NCBI GenBank assembly: GCA_030390025.1
Contig: CM059442.1
Coordinates: forward strand, 4,092,001-4,156,000
Length of the DNA: 64,000 nt
Direction: 5' to 3'
Source: Squalus acanthias
Taxonomy: Eukaryota
The stretch's first letter is position 1, and the number at the start of each line of letters is the position of its first letter. A program made the translations under genes and the position numbers. Shown piece after piece: positions 38,387 to 52,978 of this stretch. The notes below the pieces were generated by a model that saw only the letters and a program-made list of their open reading frames with translations, made no database searches and was not told the origin of the DNA.

Positions 38387-39416
38387 CTGAAAATATGTAA
38401 GAAACTTAAAGTAAGTATACATTGGAATATGTTAAACTACAGGAATCACATACTATATTATATTTCCTTTAAAGTGCATCTATAGTAATCACTTCAGTAA
38501 CGAACAACCATCTGGAACCCGAAAAGCCGGGGCGACAAGTGTGGCATCAGAACGTCACGTGTCTCTTCTGATATTCAGTGACGCTCCTTATGTTGTACTT
38601 AACCATTTCATCAAATAACTTTGACTTCGAAATCCGATTCTAAAAATCAGCAACAAATTCGGCACTCTCTCTCGAGGAACGACTGGTATTTGTTCATCAG
38701 GTGTGGAGAGACTAAAGGAGCTGGGATTGTTCTATTTAGACAGAGTTGGTTGAAGGGAGATGCGCCAGAATTGTATCAGGGAAGAGGGGCTTGAGTTTTG
38801 TGCACTTGCCGCACGCTTCAATCCAGTGATTATTTGGCAATTTTGTTCAAGTATTGAATATGTTTGATACACTGTATTACGTTATACTGAGAGGCCTCTT
38901 TAGAATCGTCACTTTTCTGGACAAGAGCTGTGCTGACTATGGGTCAAAATTCAACGACTGATGGTGCATACGTCCAAGTTTTGACTCATCGGGTAGCAAC
39001 CAAAAAATAGGCGTGGCTCGCTCGCTGCCCGCTCGCCTCTGAGACAGCAGGTCGTGGGTTCGAACCCCAATCCAGAGACTGCTGGTGTCATTATTGGATG
39101 AAACGGAGCCTTTCTGATGAGACATTTTACCGAAGCACTGTATTCGCTCTTTGGTGGGCATAAAAGATCCCACAAAAATAATTGGAAGAGCAATCCCTCA
39201 ACCAGCAGGAGTGAAAAGATGATTTGGTCATTATTACACTGCTGCTTGTGGGAGATTGCTCTGCCCGAATTTACTGTCACTTATCCAATATTTCATCAAT
39301 GACTATATTTGAAAAGTACATTATTATCTGTGAAGTGCTATCAGAGGTCGTGAAATAAGCTATATAAAACTGATGTTTCTCATTAACTATGATTTTATGT
39401 ATCAAAGTTCACCTAC

Positions 39417-39668
39417 CGATGGTGACCACTTCCAGAGGCTCACTCGTCCGCCATTCAGTCGACCACAGTTCACACTGGTAAGAGCCTCCACTGCTACTGT
39501 CTGCAAGCGATTCATAAAACACATCGTTAATTTTATGTTAATATTCATTATTTTTCAACCAATAAACGTAAGAAGCTTTGCCACTGTATCGATACTGCAG
39601 TTTAAATTTCTCTCCTTCATTTACGACACCACTGCTGGGATAACTAACCAGCACTTCCGGTCCAGGAG
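39417..39668 (-). pseudogene. Gene 2 Ig exon 'C', in-frame stop
   Basis: 252 nt. PGPEVLVSYPSSGVVNEGEKFKLQY(expected Cys)RYSG...WLKNNEY* (TAA 39538-39540), continuing in frame to GGSYQC. Confidence 0.85.
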
Positions 39669-42192
39669 CTGCAGGAAGACAATAAAAGGAATTTATGATT
39701 AGAAATATTAAAACTTGTAATCTTTGCACTAATCACTGTAGTAACTACAGTGAGTTATTCCTAATCAGTGTCCCAATCAGGCGTTACATATCGGGTGTCT
39801 GTTGATCAAAATTTCTATTTAAGAGGTGATATTAACTTGCTGAAACCGAAATGCGGTCGGTAGACTTACCATCCCTTTAACGCCGACATTCTGCTCCCTA
39901 CCATTTTCAGAAGGACCAACGGTTGGGCGGCACAACCGCCTCCCTTTATCAGGCCTTAGGCGTTTTAACTATAACAATTAACTTAAATCTTAACAGTTTC
40001 TTCTTACTCAGTGTATCAACTCCTTTCATGATTTTGAACACCTCTATCATAGCATACCTTAACCTTTTGCGTTCAAAAGAGAACAGCCCTAGTTTCTCCA
40101 TGCAATTGAAATCTCGTGTCCCTGGTACAATTTAGTAAATTTCTTCTGCATCTTCCAGCATTAAATTGCATCTGCCATGTGTCTGGCCATTTTCCCAGTC
40201 TGACTTTATGCTTCTGAATTCTCTTTCTATCTTCAGCATAACTTGCTACATTTCCGAGGTTCGTGACTTCTGCATGGTTTGTAATTGTGCCCATGTATAC
40301 CCAAATCTAGGTGATATATAATTATCAGACAGAACAGTGAACCCAATACAGATCTCTGCGAGACACCGCTGAATATTCTCTTCACAACTGCTCTCTGCTT
40401 TTTGTCTTAGCCCATTTCTTATCCACACTGCCACTGCCCCTTATTCAAATTGGTTTCAATTTTGCTAACAAGTCTGTTATGTGCAACTTCATTTAGCACT
40501 TTTTGAAAGTCTATACAGAACATTAACGCACTAATTTCATCAACACTTGCTGTTACATCATCAAAGATCTGTCTATTTATCCATTCATTTATTTACTCAA
40601 TTACTATTACTCGCTTCCAATCCTCAGGTGTTTGAGCTAGCAGTTACCCAGACCAATTTATAGGTCATGTTGTCTTTAATATATTGTGGTAGACATTAAA
40701 CTTGGAACTGAGACTTAAAGCTGGAGTTCTGCTTGGACGTCCGTGAGAGAAAACGCCCACTTTACATTCCCAGTGAGTCAATGAAAATGATGATCGAGCA
40801 TTTCTCTTATAGGTCGCGAATCCAGAACGACAGTTTTACGCTCGGACCAACAGCTGACAATTAATCCATTGCTGGATTGCTGCTGTCCGATAGCTATAAA
40901 TTGGAAGTGTTCATTCCACAAACTGGATTATTACCAATAATGTACATTATTGTCATCATAACTTGTGTGGTCGCCTGATGAGCAATTTGCACTGCAAGAG
41001 AGAAGACAATGTAAAATATGTTTCATTATCTGTGACCATCTTCAATTTTGGCCTAAGCTGCTAAGCTGTAAGGCAGTTGAATTGTGGAAACACCCAGGGG
41101 GTGAAATTCGACTTCGGCAGGGACACAAAACAGGTATTAACAAATTTGCCGCCAGTCTATACGTGCCGCCAGGTATTCAGTTCAGTTGATGTAATTATAA
41201 AACAATAATGCATCGAATTATGCCAATTGACCCTGTCACGAACAAAGATAAGATTGTTGTTGTTGTTGAAGATCCTAATGATCTGAGGACTTCACGGAAA
41301 AATTGCTGCCAGATGAAAGGAAACTGACAAAGGTTGAAATGATTCAATGTTCTGAGAGCCACTGAGTGTGATTGCTCTGTCAAGGAGAAGGGAACATTTC
41401 TTTAAAATCAGTGATAGTCCATTTAGGATGGAAATCAGGAATCACCTTTTCACAAAATGTTTCGTGATAAATTGAAGCTCTCTCCACAAAAAGTGTTGTG
41501 GACTCTGGGTTAAATTGGAGCTTTCAAGACGGAGATCGATTGATTTTAGTTAAAAAAATGAAATAAATAGTTGCATTTATATAGCGCCTTTCAAGACCTC
41601 AGAACTTCCAAAAGCCCTTTACAGCCACTGGAACACTTTTGAAGTGTCGTCACGGTAGGACATGTGGAAGCCTATTTTCACACATTGATGCTGATAATGA
41701 CCAGATAATCTGTTTTTGTTATGTTGATTGAGGGACATCCCCAGGTCACCGGGGATAACATCCCCGACGGGGCCTCCCTTTAATTTCTCATCCGAAAGAC
41801 GGCGCCTCCGACAATGCAGCACTCTCTCAGCACTGCAATGGAGTTGGAGCCTAGATTTTTGATATTCAGTCTGGAGTGCGGCAGGAATCCACGAACCTTC
41901 TGAGTCAGAGGCGAACATGCTACCCACTGAGCCTCAGCTGAATCTAGTTGAGTAAGGTTATGAATAGATATTGAGCAAAGGGGCTTAATTAGAGTTAAGG
42001 TACAGATCAACCATGATATAATTGAATGACAGAGCATCCTCGAAGGGCTGAATGAGCTACTCCTGTTCTTATGTTTCTATCATCATTTAAATCAACTTTG
42101 TCCGAATCAGAATCACAAATTTTGAATGGGTTGCAACTGTTGCTGATGAAGACAATACATGAACAAGCAGCTGGTTGAAGAAATCTTTTGAC

Positions 42193-42571
42193 ATAGAAAC
42201 ATAGAAACATAGAATCTAGGAGCAGGAGTAGGCCATTCGGCCCGTCGAGCCTGCTCCGCAATTCAATACGATCATGGCTGATCATCCAAATCCAGTCCCT
42301 GCTTTAATCCCCACAGTACACATATCCCACCCTACCCCCATAAGCCCACGTATTTAATTCCCCCTAACATATCCCATCCTATCCCCATAACCCCACATAT
42401 TTAATCCCCCCTAACACTAAGGGTCAATTTATCATAGCCAAATCAACCTAACCCACACATTTTTGGACTGTGGGAGGAAACCGGAGCACCCGGAGGAAAC
42501 CCACGCAGACACGGGGAGAATGTGCAAACTCCACACAGACAGTCACCCGAGGTCAGATTCGAACCCGCCTC
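42193..42571 (-). mobile_element. Composite CR1-tail plus V-SINE insertion
   Basis: (atagaaac)n tail then V-domain; flanked by ttgac; absent at the paralogous site ~9650. Confidence 0.8.
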
Positions 42572-44627
42572 TTGACGCGCCTCAGTCAACAGGAATCACG
42601 CTACTAAGGCAATGCTTGTTGCTGAAAACTTTGCAAAAAAATTATTGCAAAAGTTCAATGATCAATGCTGATGTATCAGTATTTCATTGTTTAACATGTA
42701 GAACCTATGCCTTTTGTCCAGCTAGTATTCAATGGGGTGAATGTTTCAAGTATTCAATTTGGGCAATTGTTTCGCAAGGTGGGTATTATGTGCTTTGCAA
42801 CAAATAAAACATGGGCACGATTATAAGCTCAAGAACAAACAAGTTAAGTATTACTTATCATCCTTTAAGGTCTACCGCATTGAGCAGTGGAACTAGCTGT
42901 GGCTAACATGGTCCCACAACTAATGTCAAGTAATTAAAATAGCTGAGGTTCTGGTAAAAGAGTCGGTGGTACATTAAAAATGCAAACAGTGTGTTTGTTC
43001 CTGTTTTCTGCTCTTGTGGTCCAGTGGTTAACAAGACAACAGAGCGCTGAGTCAGCATCTCACAGCAAGGCAGTCTCAATATCATGTGACCATGAAGAGT
43101 CACTTCTGTCTAAATTCCAGTAAATTGCATCAGACATTAATATGAAAGATGCACAATTTTAAATTTCCCTGCCATAAACATTGAAGCCGTCAGTTTAGGT
43201 CGTTAAATGAAAGTAAATGTTATCTCTTCAGCTTTATTAACTCCAGGTTAGGTAGCAGATATTAAACGAGACTGAAATTCAAAATGGTGCCTCGTTAACA
43301 CATTGCTGCATGTTGTTCTCCCTTACATCAGTAATTAAAAAAAATAATCATTGTGTTTGCTCATAGGTGAGTTGAAAAAAATGCTAATGCTTTCTCTCTC
43401 TCTGTCTCGCTCTGTCACTATCTGTGTATCTCTCGCTCTGCCTCTCTCTCTCTCTCTCTCTCTGAATCTTTGCCTTCTGTTTGTCTGTCGCTCGCTCTCT
43501 GTCTCTACCTCGCCGACTCTCTCGTTCTGTCACTCTTTCCCGGTCTACATCTCTTTGCCTGTAGATCTCTCGGCCTCACTCTCTCTCTGACTTGCCTTAT
43601 GTCAGTTTCACTGTCTGCATGTCACTCTCTGTTGCTCTCTCTCTGTCTATTTGACTCTCTCTTTCTCTCTCATTGGCTATCTCTCTCACTGAATATTTTT
43701 TCATTCTACCTTTGTCTCTCACTCTGTGTCTGTACCACCTTGTCTCTCCCTCATGTTCTCTCTCTCTGTGCCTCTTTTTGTATGTCTCTTTCTATGTAAT
43801 GTGTGTCTATGTCTTGCTGTATCTGTTTGACTCTGACTCTCTCGTGTGTTAATATTCCTCTTTCACTCTCACTCATTGACACCATCTCTCTCTCTCTCTT
43901 GCTCTCTCTCCCTTTGACTCTATATCTGTCTTGGTCTCTCTCTGCGTTTTTCGCTAACTGTGTGTGTGTGTTTGTGTTTGTGTCTAAGTTTCTCCCTCTC
44001 TATATCTCTATCTATCTATCTTTATCCCTGTCTCTCTATAGCAGATGTTAAACAAGAAGCCAGCCTGTGCCACACAAAATCATTTAGCAATATTATGGAC
44101 CAAGATTAACAGCTAGCCACAGAAACCAAGAACTGCAAATCTCACTGCATTTATTAATAGCATTTAGTAAGAGTGAAACAACTGGGACAACACTGACACT
44201 TGATATGCAGTGCATAAAAATGTTAATTCCTACTTATAAACAAAACGACAAGAATTAGATATTTGAAAGCAGTTTCTGCAGTTGAGGCTAAATAATTGGG
44301 AAAGCAAAAAATATTAGGCTGTTAAGAAGCAATCTTAAGTGGGCTGCAACCTGTTATATTAAAGAGGATCTCCTTACATGAGCAGAAAAATCCTGTTACC
44401 CTGACTGATCAAACTTAGGTCTGTTGTTGCACTAAATTCTGATTAAAACTGACACGTAGAAATGACATTTCAAAGCATTTTAAATACATGTCTTACATTC
44501 AGAAACTGTCAGTATCAATTTAGTGTGACGCTGCCTTTTACAGAATGAGCCTTAGTAATCTGATTATAGGTTTGGGGTGAGTGACGCAGATTTTCAAAGG
44601 CACTGGAAGTATTTGAAATTCACTTAC

Positions 44628-44658
44628 AGATCATCAGAAGGCGACAGATGTGCTTCAT
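44628..44658 (-). CDS. Gene 2 first coding exon (MKHICRLLMI)
   Basis: 31 coding nt then |gtaagt; whole exon 44628-44742 is 115 nt, same as in gene 1. Confidence 0.75.
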
Positions 44659-44961
44659 TTCGAATGCGGGGGATCCCAAAAGAAGTCGCTCTCCCTCTGT
44701 GAAGACGCGAGCTTCGGAGCAGCTGTTTTCAGTTCCTTTTACCTGAAAAGTAAAATCATAAAATCACATTCAGCCGCTAACTCTGTTCGACTTCTTCAAT
44801 AGCACACGCCCGCGCGCGGAGATCCCGAGACTTCACTTACGGGGAATGTGGAGAGAGCGGCTGGAGCGAGTTTCCCGAGAGCAGTCTGCAGCTGTGGAGA
44901 TCAGTGCCCATGCGCCAGGCGACTGCGCACTGAGATCAGTCTGACTTCTGTCCACATTGGA

Positions 44962-45021
44962 GAAAAGGGGAACTTTAACCAGACATGATGACCAGTCCAC
45001 CCTAACGCTGAAAAGTGAACT
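44962..45021. promoter_or_regulatory. Candidate promoter of gene 2 (PU.1/Spi and IRF-like sites)
   Basis: GAAAAGGGGAACTT 44962-44975 and GAAAAGTGAACT 45010-45021 identical to gene 1; the RUNX match is lost (gtccaca). Confidence 0.45.
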
Positions 45022-48000
45022 GAGCCCTGTCAGTTTTAAAATAAATTCTTATCAAAAGCGAACAGTTAGAATACATGCCGGAGGCGACTCTGGAAACTGT
45101 TTTAAACGAGATTTATTCTAACCGCAGCTTGTACCGTTAACACAGAGACAGACCTGATCGTTGGCCCCAGGCAGAAGGTTTCTTTGTTTCCCGGGCATAG
45201 GGAAGCGGTCACCCGTGTTTGCCTGGCACAACGGTAGAGGGGGAACCGAGGTGAAGGGCTGATACCAGTGGGAACTGTGACCACTGAACGTGTTTCACTC
45301 TGGCACCTTTAACCATTTAAGGCTCGAGAGTTTAACCCGGTGTTTTACAAAGAGGTGATTCGACTCACAAATTACTGAAGCCTAATCACAGGCTTATCCA
45401 GTGTATCTGCTTTAGCTGCCCTATATAATCCCACCATCGGGCTCACTCCAGGTAACCGTTAATATTATTCTACCAGTACCAATAATCTAATTATATTTTA
45501 ACGTTACATTTTGGACTCCAGATAAGTTTAGACATCACATTGCAGACATGCGGGGCAATGGAATATCTCATCCACTCAGTGCTGACTATGTGACAAAAAT
45601 ATTTGAATGCAAGTTGTTGTTGTTGTGATGTAACATTCTAATTACTGAGTATGTGTTGTATGAATCTATTAAGCCTATAGGTGTCCCCACAGGCTGATGT
45701 AAAAGTCTCTGAATACAATCAATAAGTATGACAGTGTAACATTTGCACCAGAATTACAAAGTGTATCTATACTGTGCTACCGGCACGGGTCTATAATTTA
45801 GAGAAGCATAGGATACTACAGCACAGAAGGAGGCCATTTGCTCCATCAAGCCTGCACCGGTTCTTTCAAAGATCAAACCAGTTAGTCCCACTCCCCTGCT
45901 CTTACCCAATATCCCTGCAAGTTGTTTCTCCTTCCAGTATTTATCCAATTCGCTTTTGAAGGCTGCTACTGATTCAGTATCCACCAACCTATCAGGCAGT
46001 GCATTCAATATCCCAACCACTCGTTGCGATAAAACATTATTTTCTCATTTTGCCTCTGGTTTATTGCCAATCAACTTAATTCTCTGCCCTCTGGTTATCG
46101 ACCCTTTATTCATTGGAAAGTGTTTCTCTTTATTTAGTTGAACTCAAAACTTCATAATTTTAAATGCTCTATAAAATCTCCTCTTACCCTTTTCTGCTCT
46201 AAGGAGAACAACCCCAGCTGCTCTAGTCTATCTACGTAACTCTAAACGCTCATCCCGGGAAACATTCTAAACAATCTCTTCTGTACCCTCTCCAACGACT
46301 TCACGTCCTTCCTAAATTGCGGTGCCCAGAATCGGACACAGCACTCCAGCTGGGGAACGAACCATTGATTTATATTCATTTAGTCTCACTTCCTGGCTTT
46401 TGTACACTACGCCTCTCTTTATGAAGCCCATGATCCCATTTGTTTTATTCAATGATGTGCACCGAAACTGTCCCATTGGTACAGGTCTATGATGAGTATC
46501 TTTGTTGAGGTCCTCGTCTGTAATTATTAACTATAATACCAGCTTTTCTGATTAGCGCCGGCACTGTTCTACTGGTAAAGTTCTATGACTAATATCTGTA
46601 TTGTACTATTGGTGCATGTCTATGATTCGTACGTGTATAAGCAGTACATATACTGTCCTATTGGTACTGGTCTATGGTTGGTACTTACTGTGCCGTCTGT
46701 GAACAGACCTGTGAATAGTAGCGACACTGCCCTAATGGGACAGATCTGGTATTAGTACATAGACTGCAAAATATACAGATTCCTGATAATACCAACACTA
46801 TCCTACCGGTACAGGTCTATGATTAATACCTGCACTGTAATATAGGGGCAGTCTTTATGTTATTACCTACACAAGCCTATTCATACAGATCTGTGATTAT
46901 GACACACGTCTGTGATTTATACCTACAGTGTCCTGCTGGTGCAGGACTGTCATGACTACATTAATTACTGGGACTGATATACATGCTACCTATACAGGTC
47001 CTGCCCTTTGATTATGCCATAAACTACCTGAACAAGTACCAGTCAGCTTTCAGTGTTTAAGGCATTTAGAGCCCAGCTTCTGAAGTTATCACAACATTTC
47101 ATTACCGTACTACCGAAGCCAGACCCCAACTGATGAGGAGCTGAAATGATACACTGAAGATAAAATCAGCCAATCAGTGTGCTCAGACGTCAATATGTTA
47201 TATTTGAGGAAACAGGACACTGAAAGAAATTATCCAGCAGAGAATTATTCGGTTAACACATATTCAGTATGCTTCAGAAAGAATAAGGTTTATAGATGAA
47301 TCTATCCAGACCCTAATCAAATTGGACAGTAGCTGAAATGATACATCAAAGTTATATGCAGCCGATTAGTACCAATACGGAAATTCCAGGCGAAATCAGT
47401 CAATCAGAACATGTCCCGAAACATCTGGGAGATGAATAGTTAATTATCTGGTGTGTACAAGCGAAATGTCCAAGCGATAGAAAGTCATTTAGATCCGAAA
47501 GAAAATTATTCTGATCACAGTAAGGAAGCCACTATAACAAAGGTTTCAAAAGATCATTGGCCTTCCGACAACTACATCCAGAAACAGATGCTGAAGTTAT
47601 TCAAGGTGGGCGCCTTATTCTCGGAGATGATCAATCAACAGCAGTATACAACAAAGAGATGAATCATGTTCTGTACATAGAGAGTCTTGTGAAGAAATAT
47701 CCTAATCGTGGTTAAAACGTGACGATTGCACAGTTTTTGTTTTGATTGAACATCGAGAAATAGGGTGCTCCCCATGAAATAACCTTCTTCAGTCAATTGT
47801 AGGAATATCATGCTTGCTTCAACTATTGCCGTAGGAAGTTTCTGTAGGTTCTTGTAGACTCCGGACATCTGTATTTTTCTTCTAGGTGCCCAGGCTCTCG
47901 ATTCCCTTCCAGTTGTTGATGATTCATGTCACAGGAGCCACGTAATAGTACGAAGATTCAAACTTTCCATGAAAGGAAATTAACATTTTATCAATGCAAT

Positions 48001-51000
48001 AATCATAATTGTATAGCAAATTTTCAGTCCATTTCTGTTACTCGTTCGATATATTCTGACAAGGAAATCTTTTTCAGCTCGAATATAAGGATCAAGAAAG
48101 TGATTTCTAAGGACAGGAAGATCACTTTTATTTTGGTCAATATATTGGTGGAGAAGTAAAACCATCTCGGCTTTTAAGAGTCTCCAAGTAAAGTAACTGC
48201 AAAATTTGCATAATTTAACTTCCTGTTTCCCCTACGAAATGCATATTTTCTTTCTGTGGAGATCCATCTCACTTAACTGAGCATTTACACAGTTTAGCAA
48301 TCAGCAGGTGTGCATAAGGGTACTACTGTAATATCAGAGATTAGTGACAGATCAGAGACAGAGATAGAGATTAGAGATTAGAGAGGGAGATAGAGTCAGA
48401 GACAGAGATAGTGATAGAGAAAGAGATAGAAATAGAATACAGAGAAAGTGAGATATTTATCAACATAGACAATGATAGGCAGAGAGGCAAAGAGAGGGTT
48501 GAGACGGACATAAATTTCTAGATAATGGGTGAAAATGAACTGGAGCTAGAGACAGAGATACAGATAAATTATTTGATACAAATAGAGCTATCTAAATATA
48601 TGGAAAGAGATTAGAATGGACGTAGAGATAGGGGAGGTAGAGATAGATATCTGAATGGCCGTCGATAGAGAAATAGAGAGAGATGGAGTGATCGTGAGAG
48701 AGAGATACATAGAGATGGTACTTCTAGAAAGATAGAGAAGTTGAGAGAGAGAGAGAGAGAGAGACATAGATTGAGAGATAGAGAGATAGTGCGATAGAGA
48801 TATGTAAAAATAGCGTTGGAGATGCTGTTAGAATGAGAGAGAATGCAATATCCGTAGAGATGGATATAGGAGAGATTGAGTAAGAGATAGAAGTAGAGAT
48901 AGAGATAGAGACAAATATATAAAGATAGAGCTAGACATAGACATGGAGATAGGTACAGACACGGTGATGGAGATTGAAGTAGAGATCTATATAGAGCAAG
49001 AGATAGGAACAGAGATAGACAGAGACATAGGTATTGACAAATATATATACGTAGACTAGACATAGACATAGACATTGAGATAGAGTTAGAGATATAGAAG
49101 CTTAATATCCAAACAGTGAAGAAGAAAATCTAATGCTAGATTGTGCTAAGATTACGCAGATGAGGAAATATAATTTCTACGGGGCTTTTCCCAATGTCTC
49201 GTCGTAACTTCGGTGGAATTTCGGTGGAAAACTTGTTGAAAGGCTCATCTCTCTGGAGATATCGCCGATCTTCTGCCGAAGTGATAACGGAATTGGAGAG
49301 TGTTCCCGATGGAAATGTTAGCCCGAATAATCTACGGTTCATCACGTGCAGATCATGTCGAGCTTACCGGTGCTTTGGGCTGATCCCACATCTTCATACT
49401 CGGAATTGTCTGCAGGCTCCTCTTCACTTGGTGGTCGAGCTCTATTTCCAGTTGCCTCCCTTAGTGCAGAAATTTTCTCAGAGATTATAATTGAACAATA
49501 ATCACCAACAACGGAAATATCGCTTTCAAATAAAATGAAACAGTAGAATAATTGTCTAAACTCAGCAAGCAGATTACAAGAGACATAACTTTAAAATCGC
49601 AAGGCCACATCAATTGGACATGTTGAAGAAGCTCAAGGTAGAAGGTTCCCCGAGCTCTGGCTTTTTCCTCCCAAGGGGTCTGAAGTCGTTGTCTCAGCAG
49701 ATCCTAAATGACCTCACTGATATTTCCCAGTGTTCACTAAACTTGACTCACTGGAGTTGAAATTGGTCCTTGAGGACAGCGCAAAGCGAGAGGTAGCGAA
49801 TTGGCTGTCCGTTTCGAAGACCTCCCGATCATTTTTGAAGCATTGAAAATTATGGAAAAGCAAATCGGCGGAGTCCAAAATGCGCTAAGGATTAGCTAGT
49901 GCTCGCTGCGGCCCCAGATGAAGTTACACTGCTCATCGTTGAACATTGTAAAGTGGTAAGTGTGACTGCTGGAGGTGGGTATATGATCGACATTACCGCC
50001 TCGGCAGTAAGAATCAACTGGGACAAGTACAGAAATGAAAAATCTGGTGGAGGAATCGAAGGCCAGTAACAGCACTCGCCGGATTTTCCTAACTTCCAAA
50101 TTATTTCACAGGAAAATGGGGCGCTATCTCTCATGGACGGCTGGCCAGTAACGCCAGTTTATGCCTTGCGGCAAGTTGAAAAGTTGATGTTAATATTAAC
50201 TTTTACCCTCCAGCAGAAAGCGGGAGGTAGAGGATTAGCCGCTCGTTTTAGACTCCAGCCGAATTTGGAAACGAAATCAGGCGGAGTGTTAAACTGGCCG
50301 GCGATCCCTTACCACCTGTTTTCAACTCCACCGTCAAAGTAAACTTCACACCATTGTGTCCTAAATGGAAGGGATTTGTCAATATCGAATAAATTGAACA
50401 ATGCATCTTTTATATTTGGGTATCAGTTGGGGGAAACAGTGGTGCAGTGTTGCAAAGGAATTCGGAAAGTGAAGAGAATATTGAGATACATCGCCAACGT
50501 GTAACTTATAATTCAAGACTGATCCCCTTAAAATTATAGTGGGTATTGTTGCAAGATCGTGGGGTAAAATATTTTTTTCCTCCCCTTTGTGAGTGAAGAA
50601 TCATGTTGAAGGAACGCAACGATGTGAATATAGTGGAGAGGTTCACACATCCTTTACAGATCACGCCGGATTTTCCCCTCACGGTACTTAATGGAACAGA
50701 ATTCAAGCGGCTCTGCTTTCAGCAAGAGATCGTTCCCACCAGATCTTCCTTTCTATGCTCTGCCCAGCAGATGTCCCACATCTGGCGCAGTGAGTACAGT
50801 GTTGATATCATTTTAATAAAATAAAAATACTAGTATCTTGTTGCATATAAAATCTGGGACTCTAGATTAGTTCCAAAACCAGGGAGACAGAACCTTGAAA
50901 GGAGTCGGAGTATTATGATCCAATTCAGTCTTGAAAGAAGTGTGACAAGTTATTGGTATATTTATTGATGATTATGAGGGGATTGGGGAATGAGTATACA

Positions 51001-51110
51001 GATGTGTTTTTGAACCGAAGTTAAAGAAGAGAGTACCACAGTTTCAAATGAATGGCCACAGAACGTATCAAAAGTTCAAGCAACTTTTAATAAGAGGTTG
51101 AAACACATGT

Positions 51111-52058
51111 TGACAATAATGTTGCCAAACTTGCAGATGATACAAAAATAGGTGGGACAGTAAGCTGTGAGGAGGACACACATTGTCTGCAAAGGGATAT
51201 CGATAGGTTAAGCGAGTGGTCAAAAAATTGGCAGATGGAGTATAATTTGGGAAATGTGAGCTTATTCACTTTGGTAAGAAGAATAAAAAAGCAAACTATT
51301 ATTTAAATGGAGAGAGATTACAGAATGCTGCGGTACAGAGGGATCTGGGTGTCTTCGTACATGAAACACAACAAGTTAGCATGCAGGTACAACAAGCAAT
51401 TAGGAAGGCAAATGGAACATTAGCACTTATTGCAAGGGGGAGGAGTATAAGTTTAGGGAAGTCTTGTTAAAACTGTACAGGGTGTTGGTGAGACCGCACC
51501 TGGAGTACTGCGTACAGTTTCGATCTCCTTGATTTAGGAAGGATATGAAGGCAGTTCAGAGAAGTTTCACTCGGTTGATTCCTGAGTTGAAGAGGTTTTC
51601 TTATGAGCAGGTTGGGCCAATACCTATTTGAGTTTAGAAGTTGAGAGGTGATCTTATTGAAACATGTCAGATTCTGAGTCGGCTTGACTGTGTAGATCCA
51701 GAGAGGATGTTTCCCTTCATGGGGGAATCTAGAACTACGGGGGCGGGGGGGGGGCATAGATTCAGAATACGGGGTCGTCCATTAAAAATGAAGACGAGGA
51801 GGAATTTCTTCTCTCAGAGGGTCGTGAATGTTTGGAATTCTCTACCCCAGAGAGTTGTGGAGGCTGAGTCATTGAATATATTCAAAACGGAGATAGACAG
51901 ATTTTTGAAAGACAGGGCAGTCGAGGGTTATGGGGAGCGGGCAGGAAAGTGGAGTGGAGGCCAAGATCAGATCAGCCATGAGCTTACTGAATGGCGGACC
52001 AGGCTCGAGGGGCCGAATGGCCGAATCCTGCTCCTTTTAGTTAAGTTCTTATGTTCTT
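51111..52058 (+). mobile_element. 5'-truncated CR1 LINE
   Basis: KLADDT...MRGDLIET...FFSQRVVNVWNSLP, (atgttctt)n tail; empty site at ~24988. Confidence 0.92.
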
Positions 52059-52947
52059 ATGTGGAAAGGCGTCCAGCATAGGAGTCTCGCACATTGTAAG
52101 GCTGGAAGCACAAGGGGACTAGATATTCCGTCCCAACAAAGAGGGTTCAAGGTTATTAAATGTAGAACTGTATCCAGAATAGGTTGTTGAGTTAAATGGA
52201 CCACTGTCTGAGAGAGCCAATGTGTGAAAGTTACTAAAATTTATTACATGCACAATCGCCCTGCACACTAAATCCTAGAATGCTTCAGTTCCCTGCGATT
52301 TACACGAGGATTGAACGTGAGGATTGCAGAATGTGCTAGCTCACTGAGTGACTGAAGAGTTGGGGGTATAATGTCTTCTTGGACGGTGGTGGAGAGCAGG
52401 GTTCAGCGAATCTTCAACGGTTGTTACACTCTGCCCAATATTCGTTTACAAGTCACTGGAATCTAATATCGTGCGGGCTGTAAAACGATTTGTGATCATC
52501 GCTTTTACTGTAACACGCAGGGCGAAATTGACCCTGTTTACGTTAGGAAGTCCAGGTACAACTGACATAAATTGGAAAAATATCACTTCTTATAGACTGC
52601 AGAGAGTATAATAGTGTGAGTGCGAGCGACAAATAAGGCCTACAGACAAAGAGGCAGATTTTCCAACTTACCGCCCGTATTTAAAGGTGCTGCAGCGGAA
52701 CCGACACCCATTGTAGAAACCACATGTTATTCAATCCCATTTAATTCAAATGAAATAAAAATAAGTCGCTTTCTATAACAGGTGGTTGATCCGTAACGCC
52801 AGATTTAAGGTCAATGCAAGTTGAAAATCTACCCCACAGAATTTTAGCTCTTAAAAGCTTTAACCGCGTAGACATCAGCTATACACAGACTGATTATTGT
52901 CAGGGATATAGCTGCGCCTTATTCACGTAAAAATTTCTCGGACTTAC

Positions 52948-52978
52948 CCCAGCGGTTGTGAAATTCTTGAGGTATTGT
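52948..52978 (-). pseudogene. Gene 3 cytoplasmic mini-exon homolog lacking its acceptor
   Basis: Aligns to 25853-25883, donor gtaagt kept, acceptor reads tatgcga instead of tattcag. Confidence 0.6.

Larger units (their letters stand above)
25513..44658 (-). pseudogene. Gene 2: multi-Ig FCRL/LITR-like receptor pseudogene (leader-C-B-A-F-E-D-TM-tail)
   Basis: Ordered same-strand exon set from ATG 44658 to candidate stop 25513. Stop in exon C, frameshifts in B, F and D, Cys loss in C and E, exon G deleted. Confidence 0.85.
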
